From positions 1,116,001-1,180,000 of the forward strand of contig CP145417.1 of NCBI GenBank assembly GCA_036867785.1: 64,000 bases of DNA. The letters are read 5' to 3'. Shown one piece after another: positions 1-13,090 of the stretch; the stretch's first letter is position 1, and every line of letters begins with the position of its first letter. Made by a program: the position numbers and the translations under genes. The notes below the pieces were generated by a model that was not told where the DNA came from, searched no databases, and saw only the letters and a list, made by a program, of their open reading frames with translations. Source of the stretch: Plasmodiophora brassicae. Taxonomy: Eukaryota.

Positions 1-99
1 ACCAGTACTCCTATAATCATACGAATCTTAGTAAGTGTGTATTTCCATGTAAACACCACTGTTTCTGAATGTGTCAACTGCTCGTAGTGATCAAAACTG

Positions 100-353
100 A
101 GATTGCGAGGCGCCGAGATGATCCGGAGATACGCCATCACCAAGAGGGATCTCAGGTGCGTCGGAAGAATCGAAAAGGCCCAATTGTGGCGCAGAATCCA
201 GATTCAAAGAAATTCACGTTCATCGCGAACCTTTGCGACGAGCTGTGCGATGATGATGATGATGATGAGGATTACACCTGGGTGCACCCCGACCTCGTTA
301 AGATGACGGCTCGTCATATAAAGCGCGCCAAGCAAGAGCTGAGGAATCGGTAA
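100..353 (+). CDS. Probable last exon of an unknown gene inside a CACTA-like element that begins upstream of the window
   Basis: Open frame ending ...KRAKQELRNR* just before the subterminal repeat array; no recognisable domain; start coordinate approximate. Confidence 0.3.
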
Positions 354-440
354 TACAGTTTCACGCTCCGGCGGTGTGCGACGCGTCGCAATGGATACGG
401 GTTTCGTGCTTCGAATGCGCTACAAATTCGGTAGTAGAAG

Positions 441-876
441 GGCTACAGCTGGGCTACATTAATGTAGCCGGTCTGTTACCGAACGGCTACATTTACGCTA
501 CATTAATGTAGCGTAACTGTAGCCTTCCGGCTACATCCAGACTACAAGTGTTGTAGCTAAAATGTGTCCAATCGGCTACATCTCAGATACATTGAATGTA
601 GCGTGTATGCGTCCGAAAGGCTACATTTGAGCTACATTAATGTAGCATGCACGTGCCCGGGGTGCTACATTTGAGCTACATTAATGTAGCATGTTTGTGG
701 CCGAAAGGCTACAAACACGCTACATCGAATGTAGCACAAATGTAGCCAACACGCTACAAACGTGACGCAGGCATGTAGCACCTCTGTTGTCGGGCGGCTA
801 CATGAATGTAGCGCCGATGCACCATTGCAAAACACCAAAATAATGTAGCACGCATGTAGCGAATCTGCTGCCTGTG
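441..876. repeat. Subterminal repeat array and right terminus of a CACTA/EnSpm-like DNA transposon
   Basis: Many GCTACAT/ATGTAGC units, often as GCTACATTAATGTAGC palindromes, ending ...CTGCTGCCTGTG at 876 (reverse complement CACAGGCAG). Confidence 0.7.
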
Positions 877-1196
877 TTCACCCCAATTCCTTCGCGAAGT
901 TGATTTCGTTCATTGGACACCTGACGCCCTGACTCGTCGACTGGAGTACAGACTGTCGCCTAATGATGAAGCAGTTCTTGCTAGGCCTCACCAAATGCTT
1001 CCACCCAGGCAAGCCCGCAGCCCGTTCCCGGTGCGGCTAGAAGGGGACTATTATGTCACGACTGAGTCGTGTTGGCGACTTAGCCGGCACCAAATTGGGC
1101 TCCTTCGTAGCGCACTAGGTACAATAAACGTCCACGGCGCGGACCGACCTCAGTCGGTCAATCCGTGTGGTTGACTCATCGTGTTCGGTCGTCACA
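877..1196 (+). mobile_element. Deleted 3' end of a chromovirus-type Gypsy: pol remnant, PPT and LTR (1054-1196)
   Basis: Remnant peptide DALTRR resembles the pol at 21266-25669; PPT AGAAGGGGACTATTA then TGTCACGAC...GTCGTCACA; LTR shares AATAAACGTCCACGGC with LTR 19791-19924. Confidence 0.7.
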
Positions 1197-3817
1197 GTTT
1201 GGACACCTACACGAAGCATCCAGGGCGGACTGAACACGGCCCCGCAATTCCAAGCAAGGATGGTGAACATCTTCGACGACCTGATGGATCGAATGATGGT
1301 CTGGATTGATGATCTGCTGGGATTCGCGAAGACGGAGGCCGAGCTTCTGGAACTGCTGGCCAACGTATTCGAACGGGCACGCGAAGTCGGACTGAAGTTC
1401 AACCCTACGAAATGCACGATCTTCGCCAGGGAGCTGGTCTGGTGCGGGAAGATCTACTCTGGCAACGGCATTCGACATGACCCGGAACGGATAGCCGCTC
1501 TGACAAGCATGCCGGAGCCGAAGACGGTTAAAGACCTGCAGCAACTGATGTGGGCGGTGGGATGGATGCGCACGACCATCCCGGACTACCCCTACATCAT
1601 CGAACCACTACAGGAGGTCGTTGGCCGGGCGAATGAGGAGCTGAAACGAACGAAGTCCAGTTCTTATGCTCATTGACGGTGGACGCGATGGGCTGGTCTG
1701 AACGACAACGAGAAGCATTCGAGAAGCTGCGGGCGGTGCTGGTCGAACACGTGCAACTGGCCTACCCCAAGAAGGATTTCCAGACCTGCCTCTTCACGGA
1801 CGCAAGCGAATTCGCATGGTCGGCGGTCGTGACTCAGATTCCAATGGAGGACATCGAATTGCCGATCAGTGAGCAACGACATGAACCGCTGGCGTTCCAC
1901 GGGAAACGCTTCGACAACACGCAGCTACGGTGGCCTATCATCGAGAAAGAGGCAGCGGCGATCGTCCAGGCGACTACGCGAGGCGATTTCTTGCTGTAAA
2001 CCGGACGTGAGTTCCTGCTCTACTGCGATCATCGGAATCTACGATACATCTTCAACAACGCCATGGAGATGAAGAAGCACACAGCCGCAAAGCTGGAGCG
2101 GTGGTCCGTTCATCTGCAAGGATTCCGGTACAAAATGGTGGACATCAACGGGGAGGACAATGCGTGGGCAGATCTACTGACGCGATGGGGCGCGGGTCGA
2201 ATCGCGCTTACGGGTCGGGCAACTCGAGTCATGTCCATGGAAGACCTGCGAGTAACCCCCATGGCGCACGACGGATTCGAATGGCCTCGTGAAGCCGACA
2301 TACGACAATCCCAGAAGCTGCTGACCGACGACGAGAAGGCAGCACTCAAGGCGCAATGGGATGCTCGCGACAAACTGTGGAAGTCTGACTCTGGACAGGT
2401 GTTAATTCCAAGCCATGACGACGCGGAGACGTTACGACTACGGATCGTGGTCGGCAGTGCTATGCATCGTGGCGGGACAACCACCAAAGAAGCGGTCATG
2501 AGACGATTCCGCTGGACTGGAGTGGAGGAGAACGTGCAACAAATGTGCGATCACTGCCTGCACGGGTCAGGCTGTTCACGGTCACAAAAGGTTTCAGGTG
2601 CTGCATATGGACTACACGTACGTCGAGCCGGTTCGCGGAGCGGACCACGACTACAAGTACATATTGCTGCTCAAGGACGACTTCTCGCGACTCGTCCGCC
2701 TGATTCCTTGCACGAACGCGACGGCCCGAACTGCAGCTGATTCCCTGATGGCGTGGATCGCTGACTTCGGGACGCCAGAGATCGTGATTACCGATGGTGG
2801 TTCACATTTCACCGCTGAGGTGATGGAGGATCTGAGTCGGCTACGTCACGTTGCGCACCACATCACGTTGGCGTACTGTCCATGGTCGAATAGAACGGTC
2901 GAACGGGCGAATGGAACGGTCGTGGAGATGCTGAGGAGTCTACTGAATGAGAACCAGATCGCCACCCACAACTGGCCGTACGCATGTCAGCTGGTGCAGC
3001 ATGCCATGAACCATACACCTTCAAGGCGTCGTGGAGGTCATGCACCGGTGACGGCGGCGTTTGGCATCCAACCGGAGAATTCTCTAGACCTGATCTGGGA
3101 CTTGAAGGCTAGCGATTGGCGGCCTGTGAATCATGCGACCATTACTCAGCACATCGAGAAGATGAAGGACGATTTCGACAACATACAAGGATGTCGAGAT
3201 GGGCAAGAGAAACGGCATCGAGCCAATGTCCAGCAGCGCAGCAGGCAGCTGCTACTGGAGACGATGAAGCATTCATTCCAGGCGACTACGGCTTGTGCGC
3301 ACGACCGAACATGGGCCCGGGAAACAAACTGATCGCCAAGTGGAATGGCCCGTTCCGTGTGCTGCAGCGACTGAACGATCAGGTGTACCTGCTGTACGAT
3401 CCTCTCCACGAGAAGGAGTTTCGGGCGCACATCCAACGGGTCAGACGATATGCTGATGGGAAGTTGAACATGACGGCGACGATGAAGAAGCTTCTTCAGC
3501 ACTCGAATCACAAGCTCTTGGTGGAGAATCTAGTTGACTGCCGATACAATGCGAGCGAGAAGCGAATCGAAATCAAAGTGCTCTGGGAAGGATTCGAGGA
3601 ATCGGACGCCACATGGGAACCGGCGAACATCATAATCGAGGACGTGCCGAGGATGGGTCGTGATCTGTATGACCGACTGGGAGATGACCACCCTCAGGCG
3701 GAGGAGTTGCGAACACTGTTGAACTCGGCGGCGACGAACGGGAATCGCCAGCCTGCCTCGAAACGACGTCAAGCAAAAGGAGCGCGACGTCAGAGGACTA
3801 AACGACAACGGAATTGA
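1197..3817 (+). pseudogene. Decayed Ty3/Gypsy pol (RT, RNase H, integrase, chromodomain)
   Basis: WIDDLL (RT), LFTDAS and IEKEA (RNase H), LHMDY/TDGGSHF/VERAN (integrase), GPF and WEGFEESDATWEP (chromodomain); several frameshifts and stops. Confidence 0.92.
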
Positions 3818-4540
3818 CGATATGATGATGGACCGGCTGGAACATGGTAAAATAGCTGGTCGAAGGTTGCTAACTGTACATAGGCAACGAGGAACAACGA
3901 CGCGAAAACGGAAAGGACGTCGATCGGACGCACGGTGCGCGGAGCACCTGCGTGGGCACGGGGCCCGAACCACTGGGCATGGGACTCAGTCTGGGAACAT
4001 TCAGCAAATTGGCCACTGAATGGGATCATGTACCAAATGGAAACCAACGGTATGGAACTCGCATATGCATGGGGAAACACTCCGCCACAGTCGGATCCTA
4101 AAGATTGGACTTCGGCTAACCCTGGTAGTCAAACGGACGCCAGTCATCGGACTCCTAAAGATTGGGCTTCGGTGAACCGATATCGGATGGGAACGAAACT
4201 AACTACGGATGCACATGGCTGGACGCGGTGTGGGTATTCGTGGTGGTTGCGAGCGGAACTTACTGGACGCAGTAGTGAGCTCACAACCGGCGCTGATGTA
4301 GTGTGCTGGACGCAACTCACAGAATCAGTGCATGGGGAACGGGAAGTGGAATTGGATGGGGCTGGGTGCGAATTGGGAACTGTGGGAATTTGAAATGGTG
4401 CCTTAATGTCGGCGTATGACTTGTCGTACACCACAAGGGGACGGTTGGCTGGATCACTGGGAAATATGGAACGTTTGGTGACTCGCTGGAGTGATTTGGA
4501 ATGGATGGGTGCCTGTAACGAGGTGACCACCTCCCACGTG

Positions 4541-4930
4541 GGGGTGGATGTCGTCAGTATGGCTGAGAACTGTTAGCACTATGCTGACATGGTCCGGCGA
4601 ATCTGATTCACCCAACTCCGTCCTTATTGCGATGAGTCTAATCTCAAGAAACGGGCGTGACCAATCTGAACGCGCACACGAACCAAGTAACGCCTACGTG
4701 TCGCACGAACGCAGCAACGAGCCTACGTATCTCTACGTCTGCATCCAGGTCATGTTCGGAAAAGGGCAGTGTAGACGGTGGAGCAGTGCAGCATGCCCTG
4801 TGGCAGCCAGAGATACCAAGAATACCATCTAGGAGAGGCAGAGACCAGGAGAGTCCGTACGGCATGCGGGAAGGCCGGACGGCAGAAGGGGGAGAAGGAG
4901 AAGGATGAGGGATCTGGGAACGAGGACGCT
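4541..4930 (+). repeat. Putative PPT and truncated 3' LTR of the upstream Gypsy
   Basis: GGGGTGGA followed by TGTCGTCAG at 4549; right boundary not identified. Confidence 0.35.
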
Positions 4931-5499
4931 GAGGTTCTCTATACACGATCTACATATACGAATCCGACGGCAAGATTGAAGTCGAGAGGGTAGGCGGACA
5001 GAACCGAATTGTTCCCTGACGGGTTCGGAGTCACAGAAGGCGTCGAACATTGCCAAATTGTCCTTCGCCAGGAAGAACGTATTCATACGAACACCAATTT
5101 CACGCTCGAATTTCTGAACGAGGCGCTGATATTGGGTTCTCCAGGGATGGCCGCGTGTCATTTGCCACTGTTAAGGATCAATGAGGCTCGCGTGCAGCCA
5201 TGCACGTTCCAGAACAGTTAGTTGAGTTTCCCGCCACTGAAAAAATATCAGTGCCGAATTAGTGCCGTCCCCTTCATTACCCAATCGGCACCTTTTCGGC
5301 GTTTAGCGGCACCAATTCGGCACTAGGTAGTGCCAATTAAGTGCCGTTTTCGGGACCGGATTTCCCAAAAAATGCGCTCCACGGGCATTCTCCAAAAATC
5401 TCGATTGAATTTTTGCTCCGTCCAGTAATAGAATAGAATGGTACCCCTGATTCTATTGCCGTTAACAATAGAATAGAATAAGATTAACGAATGGTTTAT

Positions 5500-6510
5500 T
5501 GAACGGTAACTGTTTCTTGATGGGCGCCGATCCGCCGTTAACCACGACGCCAATATGCCTTCCGGATCGCCTAAGTGGCAGAGCTTCATTGTCCGCCACC
5601 CACGAACATCCTCAGGGCCTAAAACCTGCATGTCAAATGATGCAACTGGATGTGAACAACAACGGTCGTACCCTCCACCGCCCCTGCCCGCAAGGCCGCC
5701 TATATTCATACATAACTCAATGAGGGAACACATGATGTTAAACGTTGTCGTTGCGTACCATTGGGGCCAGCCGGATGCGAAGGCACTTGATACTGGGACT
5801 GCATCCGAACGCATTGTAAGTAATGGAGTCGCCAGAACCATCGAAAACGTACCGCGTCCCGCAGCGCCGCCTTGATCGCGCCCGAGAATAAAGAATAAAA
5901 TGAGGTGCTGGCGAAGACGAGTTCCTCCGCCGCTTGGATGTACTCGTTCCTCAACTGGAATAGGAACTGGAATAGGTTACTGTTCCGTACTGCACATCAA
6001 GCTGACTGTTATCAAATCAAACGCCGGAGGCAGACGTGGTCGAGTACGTGACAGGTCACGGAAGATGGCATTGCGCGCCGGACTCGCAGGAGATGAGGTC
6101 CTGCGACGAACCTGCCCCGTCCTTCTGTGTAGCGCCCTCCTGTACTGCTTGATGACTTCGGCAAATTAGAAACGCATATAAAGTGGAATTCCAAACAATC
6201 GACATACGCTGGCGGGTGTCTTCCATGGTCCACTCTTGAGCGGGCAAGCCCAGCTGTACCGCCGCCTCCGCCAGGATTCTCTGATGCAGGACGGCGTTCT
6301 GAGTGGGACAGTTCCGCTCCCGATGGCCTGACGTGTACACACTGATAAACGAGAGCAATTAACGTCCTTGACTTCGGACACACACAAACGAATACCTGGC
6401 ATACAGACCAGGAAACCAAGCGCACAGAACCTTGCGCTCCGGCGTCAGGGCCCGGTGAGGTCCTTGCGCTGCGAACCGTTCGTATACCGATGCGTCTGCT
6501 GCCGATGGCA
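5500..6510 (-). CDS. Possible second spliced gene of CACTA A (TnpA-like position), product unknown
   Basis: Short open frames (e.g. MPSAADASVYERFAAQ..., LHQRILAEAAVQLGL...) separated by GT-AG-like gaps downstream of the transposase; exon structure unresolved. Confidence 0.3.
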
Positions 6511-6772
6511 TTTGAAGAATGAGGATGCGGGTGCCAAGTCGTCGTCGGTGTCGGGACCCGGATCGGAATTTGGATCGCGCGCCACCTAGTCAGTGAGTGG
6601 TGGAGGAACAGCGTCGGGCCCCATTCGACAATCGTGTGGTGAAGAGGGCCCCATCGGGACCGGGACGGAAGAAAACGGTGCCCTGGTGGGGAACTACCGA
6701 GCCGGCGCTGCGAAAGGGGCGCCCTCTCAGGCGCTACGGTTGTGAAGGTTAGACGCGCCGTGCAGAATGTTT

Positions 6773-9700
6773 TTATTCGTTGGGCACTGTAGAATATAGA
6801 CAGCTCGGTGCCATGTTGCCACGAGGAACTACGCAGACGAGTTTAGCGTGTACATGACGGCCACCACACGGAATTTGGCAGGCAACAAGGACGACATTGT
6901 TGCTTTCGATCTCATTGACAGCAACCCAGGGCGATTCGTCATCGCCAGGACGGATAGGATTGCCTGAACAAATGTACAAATCAATACATGAGAAACATCC
7001 ACGAAGAGCATGCGAACCTCTGATGAACTGCGGCAGTCTCCCGCCGACAGATCCCCCAACACGCTTGAGCTTCTTCCAGGCGGAAACGCGGATGATCGGG
7101 AAAAGGGTAGATTGGCCATGACCATCGTAATACGGTAACTCCAGCATGCAGAACATTTCGGCTGTTCCAAGGTAGAGGCCGTCGTCAGTGAAGTTCGCCA
7201 AGAAGTGACGATTGCTCGACTTCCGGTAGGAGGTATCAGCATCCTGTGTAGGAAAGATACACGCACCTAAGAATTGCAACGAGTAAATACGATTAACAGC
7301 AGCATCCGCCATACGAAAGACGTACCGACTAGAAGACGATCGCAGCAATCCAGGCGACTTGGAAGGCATAGACCATGGTACTGCTGCTGAATGTCCCCAG
7401 TCTGACAAAAAGCGTCAAAGTTTGACAGCTGGCGCCTGACGTGGTGATACGAGGATATCTGAACGCCAGTCGAACGTTCGAACTGCTCGACAAGCTGCAC
7501 GTACTTGCGCCTCCACGGATGGTTGCGTAAGCTGGGCCACTGCTCCTCGTCGACCAGTGTCGCACGCAGCCAGGCTCGCTCCATAGTGTTCAGCACGTAC
7601 GCCTTGATTTCGCCTTTGAATTCAATCGGTAGCGACGCCGGAAACGAGTCCGGGCACCCGAACAGAAACACGGGTTGTCGTTGTCGAACATGTACATACT
7701 GTGTAGGTCTAGCCTCAGCAACGCTGCCGCGGAGATCAGCTGAACGTTGCCGGCGGTGTTCATTGTGAAGCCTTGCGTGGCTGTCAGGATCGACTTCATC
7801 CTCTTGATCCACCGTTCCATTGGATAGGTCCATACGAAACCAGAAAGAGGGCCCCATTGGCGAATGACTTCCGGAAGGTGGATCATCGAATGCATCTGAA
7901 CGGCAACAGTGCGGCGATGAATGTACAGATACGACATTGATAATCGGGGCACGTACCGATATCGTCAACAGCTTGCCAGGAATTACAGTTTCCAGCCGGG
8001 CACACGCATCGAGGAACATTTGCGCCACAGTGTCGAACGACGAACGGTCGAAGGACTTCGACAGAATCATCATCGATGAGTGCATGAAAGCGAAAACAGT
8101 TCCCCAGGATAGGGCAGAATCGGAACTGTTGAACAGGGCCGTGCCAATCAAACCCGCAAAGATGGCGATTCCGACATCACTTGCCCAAATCAGCAATCGT
8201 GAGATTCCATCGAAGACTGGTACGGGTTCTTCGGGCGGTCACAGTTTCCGGTGGGCCACTCCAACGACTCTATCGCACTACCAATCTGCCTTGCAGCAGA
8301 CGAAGCCAAAGTCGTCGCTGGAAAACGGCGATTGTTGGGAAGCGTCAACACGGAACGTCGGGAACAACGCGACCAAACGCACGATCGATCTAATCCGCAA
8401 ATGAGTTTGACGATGAAGTACAACAAATTGCGATCAAACCTCTGGAGAAAGCAATTCTTTGCCATTCCCATGCCAATCGAAGCACTTGACCAGACGCGGG
8501 ATAACACGCATACAAAATGCATGCATGGGATCATGCACGTACTGCGAAGCATGGCCGAACCCGCTTAATAATCCGACTGAATAGATGTCATGGCCAGGGA
8601 CTCGATGCCCACCGGTATCACCAGATGTCATTCGCAGACGCATCTCGGAATCCAGTTTCGGTTTAGCATCCTTGAGAAACTGGCATTCCTGCCGTCTAGT
8701 TCGATCGCGATCTCGGTCGTCTGGACTTTCCGGGAACTTACTTCTTCCCAGTTCGGTCATCGACGTGAAAAACGATCTACTCATCTGAGTACAAAGTCTT
8801 AGACGGCCGTGCAAATCGTGAATATTATAGCGGCTTACAGCCTCTCGGATGTCTTCAGAAGACCATTGCCAAAGACCTGGAAACACAGTAGCGTGGCTCG
8901 CCGCGAAATGATAGCCTTGAACGTGACACCGGTTGCAGGCGTCCAGCTTTCCGCCTTGGGAGCAACGAGTTGTGAGGCTGAACTCTTTGTAATCTAATGT
9001 CTGTCACAAATTGGATATATGTAAGCAGAAATGACACGAGCAGATGGAGAAGGGAGTACGTACAGCACACGATAGAACTGCCCTTGCAGTTGCCGTCCCA
9101 GTTGTCGCATCGAACAGAGGGAACCCGAGTTGGAACATCAGGTTTAATTCGAACGTGTCGAGGCGAAGAAACGCTGCACGATGACCTCGCGCGATGTGCG
9201 GTACTAAACCGACTGCATGGATAAGGCCGAGGTTACACCGGACCTCAGGAGGCAGACTCAAGAGTATCTGAATGAGCGGAGTAACCGATTCCGATCCCCA
9301 TCTCAAGACGTCGGCGCCGTCAATGCCAGACGTCACCGCAAGAGGGTATTCGTTGAAGCGCAGCGCCTCCAGCATGAAAGGACCATACGTATCTTTGAAA
9401 TACTGGCCGTCTGTCCAGTCGCGAATGGTGTCGGAAGAACAAACTCCCAAGAGAATATTTCGATGTCGGTCGATTTCCGACCGAATGATGCCAGACATGT
9501 GTGCCGACCGAAACAACGATTGGAGAAATAGGATGCGGGAAAGTAGAAGAAACGTTCGGATGCCTTCGAGCAGCACTCCTGGTCCGGTGGAGAGTCGCAG
9601 GCTGGCCACATGTGACCGTTGCAGCAAACGCGATACTCGAGGGACGGTATCGAAACGCCCGACTCCGACAGATAGGAGCGTAGCTGGGCAAGAGTGGTGA

Positions 9701-10322
9701 TGCCCCCAGAACGTTGCAGCGAAAGAACAGGATCGGCGTTTAAACATTCTTCAAGGTCGTCCACAGGACAGCCCTTGCTGGCAGCGTATTCCTTAAACTA
9801 CCAGAATTAGAGACACAGCTAACGTTCGTCAGACACGGTGCTTACGAATTTCGTATACTCGGCTTGGCGCCTTACGTCATCCTTGCTTAGTCGTTCTAAT
9901 GAGCGACACAGGGACGCCTGCGTATCCTGCCCGCGGGCAAACTCATCCAAGCACTCCAGCGCACGTATGGAGGACGGATCCACCTGCAACGAAACCACGC
10001 GCTTCGGAATCTCGACTTTCAGAAACTCGGATAGGACGACCTCATTCCGGTACTTCCGAAGGAATTCCGCCGACCGGATGTGGTCGGCAGACATCCCTGC
10101 AACGTCGTCTGATAAGCCGGCCGTGAAGTCGAAATAGATTAACGGCGGACCATCATGAAGCCAGGATACAGCCATTGTTTGTCTGATCGGACGATCCATT
10201 TCGTCAGGGATGCCGACACCATGGCGCGGGTTCAGAATAGGGTCGTTTCTTGCATCGGCGGCAAGAAAGCCTTCTCGTGGAAATAAACGAATGATGGGGT
10301 TAGCATCCTCCATGGTATCCAA
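6773..10322 (-). pseudogene. CACTA (Tnp2/Transposase_21-type) transposase of element A, multi-exon, frameshifted near 9540
   Basis: DWTDG, GIDG...LLSLPPEVR, HDPMH, HSMIHLP...WGPL...WTYPMERW (DUF4218-like); FFYF/SRILF is split between frames but contiguous in element B. Confidence 0.85.
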
Positions 10323-10654
10323 CCGGATGGACGATAGCCAGATCCAGACGAAGCCGTCGAAGCGAGGTGAGCTAGATTTTGGTGCCGTTGTCGCGTCTCA
10401 CACACAGGTACAACGATCGTCCACAGATCGAACGCGACGATCGGAAGTCAACGACTGGCGCAAAAAATGGGGCATTCCGGCGGCTTGACGTCACAATTTG
10501 TTTGGTGCGTTGGACCTGTTGGCACTATTTCGGCACTCCAGGATATGCACCTGCACCACATCGGCACTTCCCTATTGTTGGCTCCTGGAATCGGCACCTT
10601 CCTCGGCACTCGGGAAGATAGGGGCACCAATTTGGCACTCCTCTTTTTCCAGTG

Positions 10655-13090
10655 CGCATCCGACCTTGGAATCTGATTGGCAACATTTCCATCGCCACTG
10701 GAGAGGGACATCCGAAGAGGAACGGGTTATCCTTCTGCACTGCATAATGCTCGTGCATCTCCAGCCGGAGCAAAGCGGCAGCATTGATCTGCTGCAAGTT
10801 TCCCGCAATGTTGAGCGTCAACCCCTTCGTTGAGTGCAGAATCGCCTTCATGTGTGCGATCCAGCGCTCCAACGGGTACGTCCAGACAAAGCCAATTATC
10901 GGACTCCAGGAGCGAATAACGTCACCCAAGTGCACCAATGAATGCATCTGTGCATCAGCAAATCAGTGTTCCACTACAGACACTTATGACTACCTGCTTA
11001 CGGAGATAGTAAGCAGTTTGGATGGTATGACGGTTTCGAGGCGCGCTAATGTATCGACAAAGTCCTGTTCGGTGTCATCAAAGGATTCCCGTTCGAAACA
11101 GGTTCCCATCATGGCCATCGACGCTTTCATGAAGGCGAACTAAGTCTTCCATACCGTAACCTCGTCTACGTGGCCGTTGGTGAATAGACGTTCAGACACC
11201 ACAGCGGCAAGAACAGCGATGCCGACGTCGCTCAGCCAAACCAGCGTGTCATGCGCTTTCATCGACTTCGATGAGTACAAGTTCTTCAACGGGTCACACG
11301 CGCCCGTTGGCCACTCGAGAGAGCGCACAATGTTCTCGATCTGCTTCGATGCAGAGGACACATCTGTGTCTCCAGGAAACCGTGGGCTGTCCGGAATCAC
11401 CAGCAAGGAGATGACTGGAGCGCCTCGACCCAAAGCACGATCCACCTATTGTATTGCAGTCCAGTCAGCAACCTGAAAACGTACTAGTAATACTTCCACA
11501 CACCTCTGGGGAATGAAGTTCTTTGTCACAACCGTGAAAGTCCAACGAACGTAGCAGTCGTGGCACCGCACGCATGCATAGGGTCATGGATATATTGCGT
11601 CACATGACCGAACCCGCAATGCAATCCGGTTGCATAGACTTCCCTGTCTGGATATCGAAGGCCACCCCGATCTGCCCTAATACGGGATGTCAATCGCCGA
11701 AGCGTGTCCTCATTTGTCTTCGGCTGGGCATGTGCCAGAAACTGAAGAGGATTATCAGGGAACAATCGTCGGACGTCCTCAGTTATCGAACTTAGAAAAT
11801 GGTCGCCTAGCTACAGGAAACAGCACAAGCGATTAGGACAGAATGCAGTCTGCCGATACAATCCACTTACTGCTGCTCTGAGTGACTCAGACGACCATCG
11901 CCACATTCCAGGAAAGACTGTGATATTACGTGTCGGGAAATAGTAACCGCGAATGTCGCAACGATTGCACGCGTCACGCTTGCCTCCCTGGGAGCAGTAC
12001 GTCGTCTTGCTGAACTCTTTGTAATCCATGGACTGGTGGCAGAGCTCAGATAAAAATGTCAGCCACGTACACTGAGCGAAAGATACGTACAAGACATGCT
12101 GCGATAGCTCGCTGCGGGACGCCGATAATGGGGTTGAGAACGGGAAACCGAACTGGTACATTAAGTTCAGTTCGAAGGTGTCAAGTCGCTGGACCGCCTG
12201 CCGGTGCTCCTTGGCGATGTGTGGAATTAATCCAACGGCATGGATCAACCCCAGGTTGCAGCGAAGATCAGGCGGTAGGTTGAGCAAGATTTGAACCATT
12301 GGGGTAATAGACTCGGAGCCCCAGGACAAAACGTCAGCGCCGTCAATTCCAGAAGCCAATGCCAATGGATATTCAATATCGTCTGTGTCCAGAAGAAACG
12401 GACGATACACATTGGCGAAGAATTCGCCGTCCGTCCAGTCTCGAATGACTGAGGAAGGCTGCTCTTGTTGCGCGATCGTCCGATGCCGTTCATGTTCAGA
12501 TTGAATCAGTGAAAATATTCGTTTCGACCGGAAAAGTGACTGGATGAACAGAATGCGCGAGAAATAAAAGAAGGGCGCCGACTGTCGGCAGCACTCGCGT
12601 TCTGGGGAACGTTCGCATGCAGGCCACATGTGGCCCTTCTCGCATATGCGATACTCCAGAAACGGGATCAGAAGACCTAGCTCCTCGAGGTACGCTCGAA
12701 CTTGAGCAACCGAGCCGAGACGTTGGCCGCCGGTGAGAGAGAGGATCGCATCGTTGTTGATACATTCTTGTAGATCCGATGCGTCAAAACCTTTTCTAGC
12801 TGCGTAATTCCTAAACTGAAAACGATATAAGTATGGTGAAAATCAACAAAGCTCCACGCTTACGAAATCGATATATTGTAACTGGCGCTTGCAATCATCG
12901 ACAGGCAGTCTTTCAAGCGAACGCGATAACGATTCCAGCGTCTGTCTTCCTTGGCTAAACTCATCTAGACATTCTAATGCCCGTACCGAAGAAACAGGAA
13001 CTTCCAGAGGCACGAGTGTAATGGAATCTGGTGTTACAGGAAACTGGCAAGCGCGATTTCGTTCCGATAACGGTTCTGAAATGCCTCGGA
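10655..13090 (-). pseudogene. CACTA transposase of element B, central part (N-terminus at 15757-16002, further C-terminal piece at 4946-5234)
   Basis: Paralogous to A throughout: GIDGADVLSWGSES, LNLPPDLR, HDPMH, KAHD, WTYPLERW; contains stops. Confidence 0.85.

Larger units (their letters stand above)
5235..10654 (-). mobile_element. CACTA element A, structurally complete, inserted in the transposase of element B
   Basis: CACTG...CAGTG termini, GGCAC/GTGCC subterminal repeats, 3-bp TSD CGC on both sides; removal restores ...RFQGRMRETQLTVLERAWL... in B. Confidence 0.9.

Noticed and set aside
441-876. CRISPR-like array of palindromic repeats
   Set aside because: Units are short, degenerate and irregularly spaced, no cas genes, eukaryotic context; they end at a CACTA-like terminus
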